NCBI GenBank assembly: GCA_964187785.1
Contig: OZ076409.1
Location: 46,874,001-46,938,000, forward strand
Direction: 5' to 3'
Source: Amphiscolops sp. MND2022
Lineage: Eukaryota
DNA length: 64,000 bases
In this document: piece after piece, positions 1 to 12,296 of the stretch
Layout of the letters: every line of letters begins with the position of its first letter
How positions within the stretch are numbered: position 1 is the first letter of the stretch
The notes under the pieces: model-generated
What the model saw: only the letters and a program-made list of their open reading frames with translations
Databases searched by the model: none
What the model was told of the DNA's origin: nothing
Position numbers and translations under genes: made by a program

Positions 1-70
1 CTTGGTTTTTATTGCTTTTAAGAGCAGTGATTTCCATTTGGCTGATAGTTGCAATGCATTTCTTAACTGG
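1..70 (-). mobile_element. Diverged paralogous fragment of the FLYWCH/MULE transposase N-terminus, cut by the window edge
   Basis: Bases 1-70 align by eye with 3176-3245; minus-strand translation VKKCIATISQMEITALKSNKNQ versus VKKFIATTNQMKITALKSNKNQ. Confidence 0.7.
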
Positions 71-2207
71 TGACGACTGTGTTTCTTAGCTTGTTTGAAA
101 CCCCAAGTATTTATCATAATTTTTTTCAAATGCTTGTTGCTCACTTCCCTGTGATTCAATACTAGTACTTTAACAACTAGTACTTCAACACAGAGAGGAG
201 TCAGTTGTTCCAGGGTTTCAAATTTTTATACTGTGGAAAGTGCTCGAGCAAAAATACATGGTAACGAATGCAACTTTACCTGAAAAACTTGAGAAACACC
301 TTTCCAATGAAGTAAACTTACCCGAGAAACTGAGGACATTATGAGAAATGCATAGCAATTTAGGCAAAACAAACCTTATCTTTAATTTTTCCTTAGATAA
401 ACTAGCAATTGATGTTTGTGCAACTTTAACTGTTTCTTGCATTGATGGTTGATGTAAATTTTCACCGGATTATCACGATATAAAACCTCTAAAGCCAAGA
501 GTAAATCTTCCTTTTGGTCAAAGAAATCATTTATTAGTTTTGCAAACATAACTAAAAAGCATAAACAATTCTTGTCCCGCAAACCAATTTTTTGAACAAC
601 TGAGCTTCGTCTTGAAACACTAACATAGCAATTAGAAAATACTGTTGATATACTTATTGTGAAAAAAGGTTTACTTTGGTTTTGGAAGGTGTTTGGGGTT
701 TTATTCGACGCTTTTTGAAAAAAGAAACCGACTATAGTAGTATTTTTTAAGACCGACGAACTGACAGATTTCTATCAGCAACTTTTTATGAACGGTTTAG
801 TATCTTAGTAACGTCTAACAAGCATAGTAATTGTCACTCGGCATAAACGTTAACCTGGATTTTTGCGGTCTGAGCAGTACTACGTGAGTTCGAGTCTCGC
901 ACAAAACCAAAAATTTGTTATGCTTGCAAAAGTAGAGCGGAGACCAAAGCGTCTTACGTTGGTTTTCCGGCATCGTGCGACTCTTTTCTGAACTGAAGTG
1001 CCGCCCTGTGAATATTAGCAGAAACAGTGTTTTTGGAGCATAGTGGTTGACCTTAGTTTTTTGGCACTATGCGAATCACGGAAAATAAATTTGGGAGGAA
1101 AATTATCGAAAAATTCATTCCACGCAAATTTTAGTTATCTGAGATTTCCTGTAAGGAAAAGCCTTTTTGAGTTTCCAAGGACACCTCTTTGATTATTTTT
1201 TGGTCTTGTGGAATTGATGAGAGTTTTTTTAAAGTTGTGGAATCGACCTACTGTTTTTCCACCACCGTGCGAGTTTTCTTCGAAAAATTTTGTTTGTTCG
1301 AAGGGTACCCCCGCCATTTTCATGAATTTTTGCAGCGTATGAAAGAAATGAGTGGATGAAAAAAGTGTTTTGCGAGCCAAAAACTTTTTCGGCACTGCTA
1401 GTTTTTTCCAGAGAAGACAATATTTTAGTGTTCGGGGAAAAAGTGCGTATTCTTGGCGCTTTGCGACCTTTTCAAATTTTTCTCAATGAAGTGTACCGCT
1501 TTCATTTTTTAGAAGTTTTGAAAAAATAATTGAGAAATTTATTTCAAAATATTGGGATTTTCTGATGTTTTTTAATTTCAGGAAAAGCTGTTTTCGAGCC
1601 TCGAGGAGACCCTTTCGGGCCGTTTTGGCACGTTATGATAAATAAAATGTTTCGGTTTGGAAAAAGCGTTCAACGAGCCTTAAGGGTCTATTTTTGTGTT
1701 TTCAGCACTATGCGACTTTTTGACCAGAACGACTTGGAATTTTTTTTGAAACAAAATTAACCTTTTCTGACAATTCCAGTTCGGGAAAGTTGTTTTCGAG
1801 TCTTGAGGGTACCCTTTCGGGTAGTTTTTGGTACTGTTTAAAAAAATTAGGATAGCAGACAATCGTTTACACAATTCCTATTGACTGAGATGAAGGTTAT
1901 AAACATTACATAGTAAAGCGTGCCCAGGGCACTCCAGTATATTCCGTTAGTGGACATAGAAAGGGTTACCAGACAAAAGCGCTCCAGGCAAAAGCGCTCA
2001 AAAAAGTCAAAAGCGCCTCAATCAAAAACGCCCTAGTCAAAAGCGCCCCAATTGAATTCGTCTCAGGGTTTAATTGCCTTGATTTCGTCTCACAAACTAA
2101 ATAAGTGTCTTGGTACAATGCTTGGTATTGAAATGTAGATTACGTAATGAAATTGTTTGAATCAAATGACTCATTTTGTAAGTCACTTCAAAACTCATCC
2201 TATTAAG

Positions 2208-2275
2208 ACGGGATAGCTAAGTGGTCAAAACTATAGTTGTTGACTATTAGTCATCGAGTTCGAAAATAACTACAT
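2208..2275 (+). other. Degenerate tRNA-derived (SINE-head-like) segment inside the MULE
   Basis: A-box-like TAGCTAAGTGG and B-box-like GAGTTCGAAA at tRNA-like spacing; stems do not pair well. Confidence 0.4.
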
Positions 2276-2853
2276 GAAAATTTTTTATGAAAAAATCTCA
2301 CTCAATGTGATGACCCGGAAACATCCCCCCGTAATCAGGGGGTGTTCCGGGCTGGAGTGGGAGAAAAAATTTTAACTTAAAAACCCCCTCTTTATGGTGA
2401 CAAATTCTCAGAGCTGTAGCCTGCACAGTTGTAGAGAAAACAGGATATTTTGAAATTTTGGTCATTTTTTTCCACAAGACACAATAAAAAAACAAAAGTT
2501 CATCTACCGTTGATGCTCAAGAACGCCAAAATTATACGCGCTTTTTCTGAGACACAAACAATATTCGGTAAAAGAGCAAAAGCGAGAGGGATCATGCTTC
2601 CTTCAATGAGGGCTTGTACAGTGTAAAGTTGGAAAAGTTTTGCGGACACACGCTAAAAGTACCATCTCAGTACCACAAATCTGCGTTATATAAGGTGTCT
2701 AAGTTGTCCGTTGTTGCGAAAACTAAAACCCTTCCGGGATCATCCTCACAAGTGTCAAAGTGGAGAAATGCTTCACCGGAATGTTTTTTTCAACTCTTCG
2801 GGTAAAGTGAATTTCAATGTTTTATCATCTTCAATCTTCGGCTGAACTTCCTG

Positions 2854-3320
2854 TCAGACTCGGTTGACAAGTCGCTGGTTGGAAGGATACGACGGTAGGG
2901 TCGGTCCTGACTCGACGGTAAAAAATTGCTGAGCTACCAAAATAACACTCTTGGGTTTTTCTTCGGTTGACACTGCTCGTGTTTTAAGTTCAGCTAAGAA
3001 TAATTTCTCTTCTACTTTTTCGGGTTGTGGCTCATGGCAATGCTCACTCACACTTTTGATCTTGTTGCCAACGTTAATTTTATTCGGCAGTTTTTATTCA
3101 GACACCTCCATGACTCCGTTCCGTTTTTGAGGTCCCTTGCTTTTCTGTATAAAAACCCACAGTGGGTCATAATGTCTTGGTTTTTATTGCTTTTAAGAGC
3201 GGTAATTTTCATTTGGTTGGTAGTTGCAATGAATTTCTTAACGGATAAATCTGCTTGCCTTAGAAAAGCGTCTTCTGAATTAACAGGTTGACTGCTTTTA
3301 AACACGTGTGAAATTGTCAC
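2854..3320 (-). pseudogene. FLYWCH zinc-finger N-terminus of a MULE transposase, interrupted
   Basis: GFLYRK..SWRCLNKNCRIKL then SEHCHEP..LKTRA..EKPKSVI, split over ORFs 3048-3320 and 2854-3051; fits the FLYWCH F-L-Y..W-x-C..C..H-x-H pattern. Confidence 0.8.
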
Positions 3321-4467
3321 CCTCGGTAATATCCGGCTACGCGTACGGCCAATTAATTATGTGCAGTTAATAAAAAATTAGGTGTGAGATCATTACAATT
3401 ATTCGCAAGACGCATCTGGTTGGGGCGCTTTTGTCTGGGGCGCTTTTGTCTGTGTAAAATGGGCGCTTTTGTCTGGAGCGCTTTTGTCTGGGGCGCTTTT
3501 GTCTGGGGCGCTTTTGTATGGGGCGCTTTTGTCTGTACACGATAGAAAGAAAAGATAAATTAATTAAGTTCAAGCATCAATGGACATTCTCAAATGAATT
3601 TAAATTCAAGAAAGGCATTCGGTTTAATCTACAGATTTGATTTTGCCAAAAAATATTGAGTTCACCAATGGCTCAGACTGAAACATTCAAATCATTTTAT
3701 TCAATTGACTGAAATATACTCGGTTCATAATTATAAACCTCGGAAAAACACTACAACTTATATGAATCAGCACCTTTTCAAAAGATCGAGGAAAACCCGA
3801 ATCTTTTTCAAAAAGATCCAGAATCTTTTATTTTAGCAAAATGTTCTCTACACGATACCAAACTTTTTATGGTCGGTGTCTTTGTTAAACCTTCGTTGAA
3901 TTGTACGAAATCAATTCTTGTTATCTCAATGCCGGAAAATTATAGACAAGACAACTTCGAGTGCTGAAATGACTAAGGCTGGTTAATCAATTTGGGCAAA
4001 AACGTCAAAATACCTACAGACCAAAGTCATTCAGCAACTTTCAAGTATACGAAATTATCAATTCAGTCACTTTCCATTTTGCATATTTTGAAATCAGTGA
4101 TTGAAATCCGCGCAAGGCCTATGATATGACCAACGAAGGTTTTCTCGACGATATACACTGCATTTTAGTGAAAGCGGTTTTAGCATGCCAGTCGCACCTG
4201 CCATTGATGCGTGCGACGCTTCTGTTGATGGTATAATAAAAATCATTCAATAAAACTCATAGTACATTCTCCAAGCCAGCTTTAAGCTTACGTCTTGGCT
4301 TCAAACGGTGCACGCTCGGTTTCTGGTCTTGTATAGAAACACACACATTGTAACCACATTACACATCGAAACAACATAATATTGGTGACTGTTGAAAAAA
4401 AAACTATATATATATATAAGTTTCAAAAAAGCCTACTACATTTCATAATACCTTCTTTGGTTCAATT

Positions 4468-5700
4468 ATGACGGCAGTTGTGAGTGAAGCACAGCAGAAC
4501 ATGACAGGTTCCTCAGCGTCTCTATCAAACGACGAATACATTCAGGTACTACAAATTTACTGTTACAAAATTATGTTATCAAGTACATGCAATGTTTTAT
4601 GCAAGTTTTTTTATACCACAACTACAAAACTCATGTTATGTATTCAAGTGGACCTTAAACATAGTCACTTTCAATTCGTGATGCTTTACGGTGTTTCGAG
4701 AACAAGAGATGATTGATGTAAGAATACACAAAATAGCATCGATGGCAATTCTGAATCAAATTGAGCAACATTTTAAGAACTAGACGATTTTTGTTTTAAT
4801 ACCAGTTTGAAGCTAATAAGTAATAAGTATTTTATTGATGCAAAATTCATTAATTATCTTTCCTTTATCGGCAATATAGAGCAATGATGGAAGAAAAATT
4901 ACAGGTTAGGTTTTAAAAATTGTATAAGTTAAGGGGAGTATTGTCGACTCAGTTTGTAACAGCCAACTCAGGTTTTATACCGCCAATAATTTTGCTTTCA
5001 AGAAGATTTAGATGCTTCTGATCAGTTGGAATATTTGTACGAAATTCATGGACAAAGATCAAAATAACTTTCTAATCCTTATTTTCTACTCAAGCATTTT
5101 CTATTTCTTATCACGACTCAATTTTTTACTTCGAAGTTATTCACAAATTTCTCTTTCTATTTCTGTTCAAAAATTGCCCACTGAAGACAGAATAAACGAC
5201 ATAAACCCCATAGAATTTGACCTTAGGGCCTCAAAATGTACTTTTATTCCCTTCGCATTCTTGAATTTTAAATGTTACTACATTCTAGTAGTATCCGATT
5301 GAATTTAGTATCAACCTGTTCCTGATCGGCTTTAAAAGTGTATCTTTCATTTTTAGCACACTACTCTAAGCGACGCAGAACTGAAGGTTAACCCTTGGTC
5401 CTTGGTATTCGCACTCCACGTGTAGTTGTTGTTTAGTGTTTCATCACCTCTTCATGTAAATTACTAATCATCACCACTTTACTCAGTACACTCTCAGTTC
5501 GGAAAGTCGAACTCAATTGAGAAGTTACTCTTTAATGACTTCGAAAAACTAAAACTTCACATGCAACAACAGCATGATGGTTGAAACCGTAACAATATCC
5601 GCTCATATTTCATAACCCGCCAGAATTGTTTGTGGATGACGAGAATATACGAGCAGTTTGCGTTGAGATCAAGGGCTCAAAACTAGGAAATATCGTCTAG
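4468..5700 (+). CDS. Tentative small exons (4468 or 4508-4545, 4880-4904, 5357-5386, 5624-5700); 5' part of the EF-hand gene or a separate short ORF
   Basis: CAG|gt, CAG|gt, AAG|gt and TAG|gt donors with AG acceptors. Splicing from ATG 4468 gives a 69-aa ORF ending at TAG 5698-5700; the reading frame is ambiguous. Confidence 0.35.
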
Positions 5701-8700
5701 GTACACACAGCTTTTACACACTTTTTCGTACAAAAGCCGGGAACGGTCAAAGTCGGCGCCCGCTTAACTTTGAGAAAAACAGTCATTTGAATATCCTCAA
5801 GGACAATTCTTGGACTCGTCAAAATGCCAAGAAGGGGCCTTTTGGGACTTTGAAACACATTTCCTCACTTGAAAAAAAAATCAAATTTTGTGAAAAAGTC
5901 GCGCAGCGCCAAAAACGCAAAGAGGGGGCCCTTTAGGCTCGCAATTTTTCTCTGAAAAGATCAAAAAACTTAAAGAAGGGTTCTTTAGCGGAACAACATT
6001 TCTCTCAAGAAAATAGCACAGCGGCACAACTAACGAGGAACTTATATATCTATAATGGAATCTGTCTGTTCGCTTATCTTAAGCCGCTGCTAAAGTCTGC
6101 GTTTTCTAACAGAAGTACTGACTAAGGAAGTTTTTGGCGAGAAACTAACTACAAGTCTTGTACTTTGCATGAAATCAGGGTCACTATCTTTGTTTTCGAT
6201 CAGATTTTCGGTTTTCAAGTTTTGTCGACTGAGACATCTCACAAAACTAGAGGCGCGGTGGCACCCCGACTTTTTTCTGTATATTGTTACTACGGAAAAT
6301 GTCCAAGGGGGCTTTGAGGGTTAAAACATTGACTGAAAATAACAGAAATTCGAATTTATACTTTCTCCCGATACATTTTTCGTTTTGAAAAAGTCACTGT
6401 GCCAAATTAACCGAATGTGCGACCTTTGAGCTAAAGACGTGTTTTCTAAAGTGAAATCATCAAAAAAAACCGAAGCAGCGAACCTCCAATGGAAAGAAAA
6501 TCTTGAGAAGTTGAACTGAGCCGGAACATTTTTTCCATAATTATTGAGAAAATTCTATTTAGTCCCACAGGACCAAAAAACATCACAGAGGTCACCCGTA
6601 AGACTCCGAAAACGGTTTTCTTTAACTGAAATCCTCGAACGACCAAAAACTGAGATTTTATTGGGAATTTATTTTTAATCGCAATAGATTTTCAAAAACG
6701 TTCTTCAAAACAGTTCTCCGGTACGTAGCACAGTGCCGAAAATACCTAGGGCCCTCTAAGCTCGCAAAACTGTTTTTGCTAGAAGTCAAAAGGGCAACAT
6801 TCGGTCTTTAAAATCCGGTAAAAAAAGCCGCAAGTGCCGAAAGACCCCAAAGGAAGGATCATTTGGTCTACTTTGCCGAACATAACAATTTGGTTCAGCG
6901 CGGAACTCGAATACACGCTTCCAGTATCTATTGGCAGATACTGGGGAGATTTTAAATTTTCCGGTTGAAACGAAAATTTTTTGTTTCCTAAAAAACGAAA
7001 AATAATAACGGCCTATCCAAAGCTCGTTCCCGGAAAAGCATCTTGATTAGAAAAATCTACCCAAAATCTTTTTCACGAAATAAATGAAAAAACATGATTT
7101 TTGTGGATGCGAGGAAATTTCCATTGGAGTTTGCGACAGACTCACTTCCATCCCTCTTGATGTCCCAATGAAAACTCCCGTCAAAAAACAACCACGAAAT
7201 GCTTGAATAATTCTCAGTGATTTCAAGATCATATAGACTTATAGTGTAAATAAGATGAGCTTGGCCATTTTGTCAAAGCGAAATTTTCCCACAGGGAGAC
7301 GTCTCATTGGCTTAAAATGGTATGATTATCCTGGTTGGAACTGCTTGGACTTTTCATATGCTTTTGTAGGTTACCAAGCTAATTTTCCATAATTTAATAA
7401 AATTCTCAAAAAACAGGTCCATGCATTAAAACTTCAGATTCGATTTTTGTCAAGCTGCCTTGTAAGATGTATCCTAAATTGGCGACAATTCTGCGCCGCA
7501 AAGTTTTGCAGGTTTCATTGAGACGTTCTAATTTTGAAAGCAGCTGAGACCTTGAACAATTTTACCGCAATTTTAATGCAAATAAACTTTTGTCACATTA
7601 TGTTTCAAAGTAGCGTCATATTCAGCGTGCCATTTGACTAACGGTGATTACATAAGGTACTTACTTGAGAAACTTACACGTGAAAATCAAGTGATCACGG
7701 CGGTGAAGAAGTGGAAATGTCTTCAGTTTTAATTCAAATAGTGGAAGCTGCATTGTAATCCTACAAAATGTTTCTATGCAGGAATTTTTCGTTTTGTAAA
7801 AAAAATTAGCATGTATGTTTCCATGCAGCATTTGAAAAGTTCAAGCAATCTCGACTAAGGTACAGTTGGAAACAAGTGGGAACGGCCCAAAACAGCGCTA
7901 CACTCAAGGTTCAAAAAGAGCAAAGTGTTTTAACTTTGCAAAGGGGCACTATTACAAAAATTTCAATCAAAAATACAGTGCCAAGAATTATCCGAAACGG
8001 AAACCGCTTTTCGGAGACCGAAAGTCATGAGACCTGGAAACCGCTTTTTCACTAACTGGACAAATGAAAAACCAAATTTTTGGGACCATTTTGAAAAATT
8101 CTTACGGAAAATAGGCTCAAAACCCAAAAATAGACCCATTAAACTCAAGCTTAAAGCATTAAAAGTGAAAGAAGTATTTTTTGATAAATTGAATATTTAA
8201 AATAGTCCAGCACAGAATTCAAAACCACTTACACCTGATGCCCCGCCACACACTAATCCCTGGCTAAAATAGTATATGCATTAGAGTGATAGAAATCGGC
8301 GACTTCGCTGTTCTTAAAAAGAACAAGACGCGACCGTCTAAAATCGGTGCCCTTCTCAAAGCTCAAGCGCAAAATCTCAAGGAAATGCTCAGTTGAACCT
8401 ATTTCTCAACAAATTTTTGATATTGAAAATTTTGCTCAAACGTTTTCAAATACTTCAAACAAGTTGATGTTAGTCTATGAATCATAGAATTTATCGTTCG
8501 ATAATGTCCTTAATTGCTGAACCTGCAAATATGTTGCAACCCAGTTTAATGAAATGTCCAACACGTCTACTATATTTGGTCATATTATTAGTTTCATTTA
8601 GCTGCCACCATTAGCTACCATGGTTTGTTTCAGAAGCTGAAATTGAAAGTACAGAACACGAGAATCGCACTGTCTAAGCAAGGTGCAAGATTTGAGTTGC

Positions 8701-9047
8701 CAATAGACATGAAATCCTTGGAAGGTTTGTTTTTGCTCAAATGAATTGGGTTTCCTGCATTGGTTCAAAAAACGTTCACGGAGTCTTACAGTGCCTAAAC
8801 AAACCAAATAAATTTAAAGTAAACTTTTCTATACAAGCTGTTTTAGTCGTTTTCTACTCGCTCAGTACTAGTATTGTTCATGGATAATTTTCTGTTTAAT
8901 ATAATTGAGTATTTCTCATGTTTCAAGACTTTTGATTTCAAAAATCATTGTAATGAAGGTTGCTTCTTCTAAAGTAAGAGCATCAGACTAGAAATTTCCA
9001 AATACAAACTTAGAAATTTGAAATACAACTGTTGAACCGAAGTTTAG

Positions 9048-11259
9048 TCTAAATGGAAGCCAAGACGTATCTACTAATCATTCGAAGCATGTATGGAAAG
9101 CATTTCTTGTGACAAGACCAATCATTAACAAGACGTCCGCTGAGTACCAGTTTGTTTTTCCTCCTGAACAATGCGGTAACATTGTTTTAGAGCTCGAGCG
9201 CAATCAATGAACTTATGCCAACGACAAACTTCAAAACTTACACTTTTTGGCTCATTTTAGTTTATTTTCAGATTTCTTCATTGCAAAGGTTTCTTTTCAA
9301 AAATTTCAAAAGTACAATTGTTAATTTTGAACGGTTTCTTCAAGAAAGTTCAAATATCCCCATTAAAATATGCTCAGCAACCAAATGTTGCCTTTGAGCT
9401 CGAAGAATATTTAACCGGACGAAAAATTCAAAATCTGCCGAAAACAAATTCTAGCAAGGCAAAAAATATATTCGAAAATTATCGATGCGCAAAAATCGAA
9501 GGATTTTCAAACTGACACAAAGTAGTCAAAACGCCAACTTCGGGGTATTTCTAGATAATGAAAAGTAGCAATTGTTTAGGTCAAACTCCTCAAGAGTATT
9601 TAGTGCAAAGATGCCACGTCATGAAGAGAAGAGAGAATTTATACAAGAAACACTTCTACGCTCACGATAAAGATAAAGATCAGAAACTGAACATGAAAGT
9701 GAGTCTGTCAACATGGTCATGCTTCGCTTTCGATTTGCCCAACTTCCTAAAAATTGTCGACAGAACTGCTTTCAGCCTCGGAGAAATCCGTTCATCTCAT
9801 CTTTCATTTTCCGGATACCATTTTATGACTACCCAAATCAATGGAATATCAATTCATTCTTTTTGTACTATTGGAGTTCAAATACGATCCGAAAGGAGTT
9901 TTGATATTACTCCGAAGTTTTTCATCTTAGAACTTCTTGCTCATCTTAAAGTTTGAGAATAACTAAAATTTCAAAGTTTTTTAAAGAAGATAATTTGACA
10001 TATTACACGGTTACAGATCAAAATAACAAACATCGGCATGACATTAGACAACTGAGCAAAGCTTACAATAACCATGAAGTATTTCATCATTGGGTAACAA
10101 TATTGGTTGAAAGACTCGGCCTTCTTCATTCAGGGATGCTTTGCGGGTTAGACTTCGTGAAACCCAGTCGCTGATCAGGAAAGGCACGTCACTTCGTTGC
10201 AGCATTTAGGGCACTCTATGAAGTTCACGATGCGAGAATTTTGCCCGTGTGGTATTTCGTCCTGACAATTTTAATTATTATCTATAGAGGTTAAATTTTT
10301 CAGGAAGTGGAAAAAGCCATGAAAGAAATCTTCGTGGATACCATCGATTTCCAAACCATTGAAACAGTGCGTCTCCTTGCCACCATCCAATCAGAAGAAC
10401 TCGTTCCCTTTCCCCTTTTTTCCACTCTCTGTGCACTCAGTGAGCGCATCATGCATCAAAAGTACAGGTTATAACTTGAGATATCAACATGGTTACAAGA
10501 CATTCGTTGCAATTTCATAAATAGGCCGAAGTTGTATAGGATGAAATGTCCTGACACCATCATACATGACTAGACGTTCGATTAGACAGGTGCACTAGCT
10601 ATAAAGATCAGATTGGGCATTACGTTAAGTACTGTCCAATCTAAACGGTTCACACTGCAATTCAGTTACGTGTACAGGCATGAAAAAGATTTTAGACCTC
10701 CAAACGGTCTATTCGATTACTTCTAATGGTAATCAAGCTCAACAGCGATCAATTAAAATTTCAGGTCGCTAAAGTCGCAAAGCCAATTCCAAAATAAATT
10801 TCAAGATACTTTCATTTTCATTGCTACATCTGTATTCGAGTTTTCGGTAATCATGGAGATTGTAAGACAATCTTACTGAAGGGTTAAACACAAACAGATT
10901 CTTAGAACATGACCAACAGTTTTTGAAAGGCTTGGTATTCATTTAAATAATTTTGTACGACCGCTTTCAGCACAGGAGAAGCTAGCTTGGATCCTGATTA
11001 CAGTCAAAAAGACATGTTAGAAGAAGCAGATTTCAGCTCGCTCACATGGAAATTGGACGGAATTGTATTGCCAGAAGCTCTGTGCACACTCTTATTTGTG
11101 ATATTGGACCCCAACGTGAACATTCCCGCCAAAATATTAGATGCCGTCGAGGAGAGTGGAAAAAACGTGGAAAGGAAGTCTGAGTACGATATCTCACAAC
11201 TGACGGGGTCTCAGGCACCTCCAACATCTCAGTCGAATCCGCCAGCATCGCGGAACTAA
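9048..11259 (+). CDS. Multi-exon gene for an uncharacterised EF-hand-containing protein (exons ~9048-9175, 9272-9288, 9345-9417, 9580-9698, 10304-10468, 10971-11259)
   Basis: Phase-compatible exons give ..GQTPQEYLVQRCHVMKRRENLYKKHFYAHDKDKDQKLNMK|EVEKAMKEIF..FSTLCALSERIMHQKY|S..KDMLEEADFSSLTWKLDG..PASRN*. The DxDxDxxLxxxE loop spans the 9698/10304 junction. The last three exons have canonical GT-AG sites; upstream exons are less certain. A possible start exon is ATG 8953-8973. Confidence 0.7.
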
Positions 11260-11388
11260 TGACTTCATTTTTATTATATATTTTCAATTGCATCTTTAAT
11301 GATAAAAACCCTACCCAAATTCAAGTTTAGTTTTATAACTATCAAGGTCTTTTCACATAGAACAGGCATTTATCAGATATTCATGGTA

Positions 11389-11779
11389 ACAAGCCGGGAC
11401 CGGCCCAAGTCGGCGCCATATCTAGGACTCAAAAATAAGAGGAATTCAAAGTGTCAAAGTATTCTCTTCTACGGTACCTAAAAAATCCAAAAAGTTGGAC
11501 CGAAATGGCGCGCCGGGGGTTCGCTAGCGTGCCCCCGGCGCGCTAAAAGGGGGACCCTTTGGGATTTTTCAACATCCATTCTGTCGCAAAACATCAAAAA
11601 ATAGAAGGGGGACCTTTGGGGAACAATTTATTTTTCGAAAAAGTCTCACAATGCCGAAAAAAACTGAAAGGGGGTACCCTTTAGTCTCTCCCGGTATGGT
11701 ATGTTACGCGGAAAAAGGAAAAACCATTTTGGTTCAGTTCGCTATAATAGTCGTGTTTCACTTCATGAAGCGCCGGCTA
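11389..11779 (-). mobile_element. Non-autonomous Helentron/Helitron2-like (HINE-like) element
   Basis: ACAAGCCGGGACCGGCCCAAGTCGGCGC at one end, GCGCCGGCTA plus A-run at the other; lies between the convergent 3' ends of two genes. Confidence 0.75.
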
Positions 11780-12065
11780 AAAAGAACTCAAAACAAAATG
11801 CCATGATTTTCGTGGTGCTACGAAACCGCAAAACACTATAAAACAGATAGCAGCAAACTTCAATTAATTAGGATGACTGATTCAGAATTAGAAATGAGAA
11901 TATGAAAATGGCACGATGGTGAAAAAAAATCATAACTCGTCAAAAATTAATGACAACTTCATAGCGAGGCAAGAATGTTGGCATAGTAATCTGGTAAAGC
12001 TAAAAAGTGATGACAATATGGAGATAAATACTAAATTGCAACTACTTCATGATGAGATGAAAGGG

Positions 12066-12296
12066 TCAGAGTAGATCGCATGGTTTCTTTTCTTTGAAAG
12101 GGTTATCCAAACTGAAGTTGGGCGACAACAAGTAATCCTCCATAGCCTTTTCCTGGCAATAGTTGACGAGATCCCGGGCAGCCTCTGAAGTGGGAATCCT
12201 CGTGATCTGAGATTCTCTCGTTAACTGTTCTATCTGTCTTCTCAAGTTGGAGGCAATACCACTGCTCGCGGAAGCACCAGTCGCTGATGAACTCAT
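12066..12296 (-). CDS. Heterotrimeric G-protein gamma subunit (76 aa)
   Basis: LRRQIEQLTRESQITRIPTSEAARDLVNYCQE..DYLL..DNPFKEKKPCDLL*: GGL-domain pattern, NPF motif and C-terminal CaaX. ATG at 12296; acceptor-like cttttcag just upstream suggests a 5' UTR intron. Confidence 0.93.
   Translation of the reverse strand: MSSSATGASASSGIASNLRRQIEQLTRESQITRIPTSEAARDLVNYCQEKAMEDYLLSPNFSLDNPFKEKKPCDLL

Larger units (their letters stand above)
1964..3541 (-). mobile_element. Defective Mutator-like (MULE, Phantom-like) DNA transposon with tandem-repeat TIRs
   Basis: Left end ggttaccAGACAAAAGCG plus ~15-bp repeats (1964-2050); right end is the inverse array of GGGGCGCTTTTGTCT units (3421-3541); ATAGAAAG duplicated at 1956-1963 and 3542-3549; internal FLYWCH-like coding remnant. 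Confidence 0.85.

Noticed and set aside
3421..3535. CRISPR-like array or coding repeat (QKRPR)
   Set aside because: Contiguous 15-bp units without unique spacers; they are the right TIR of the MULE.
5684..5686. Stop-codon reassignment (TAG as sense)
   Set aside because: A single instance in an uncertain exon model; alternative splicing explains it, and no other support is visible in the window.
6045..6270. Short canonical Helitron (TCTATA..TCTGTCTG start, CTAG near 6247)
   Set aside because: No convincing hairpin at the right distance and orientation, and no second copy to define the ends.
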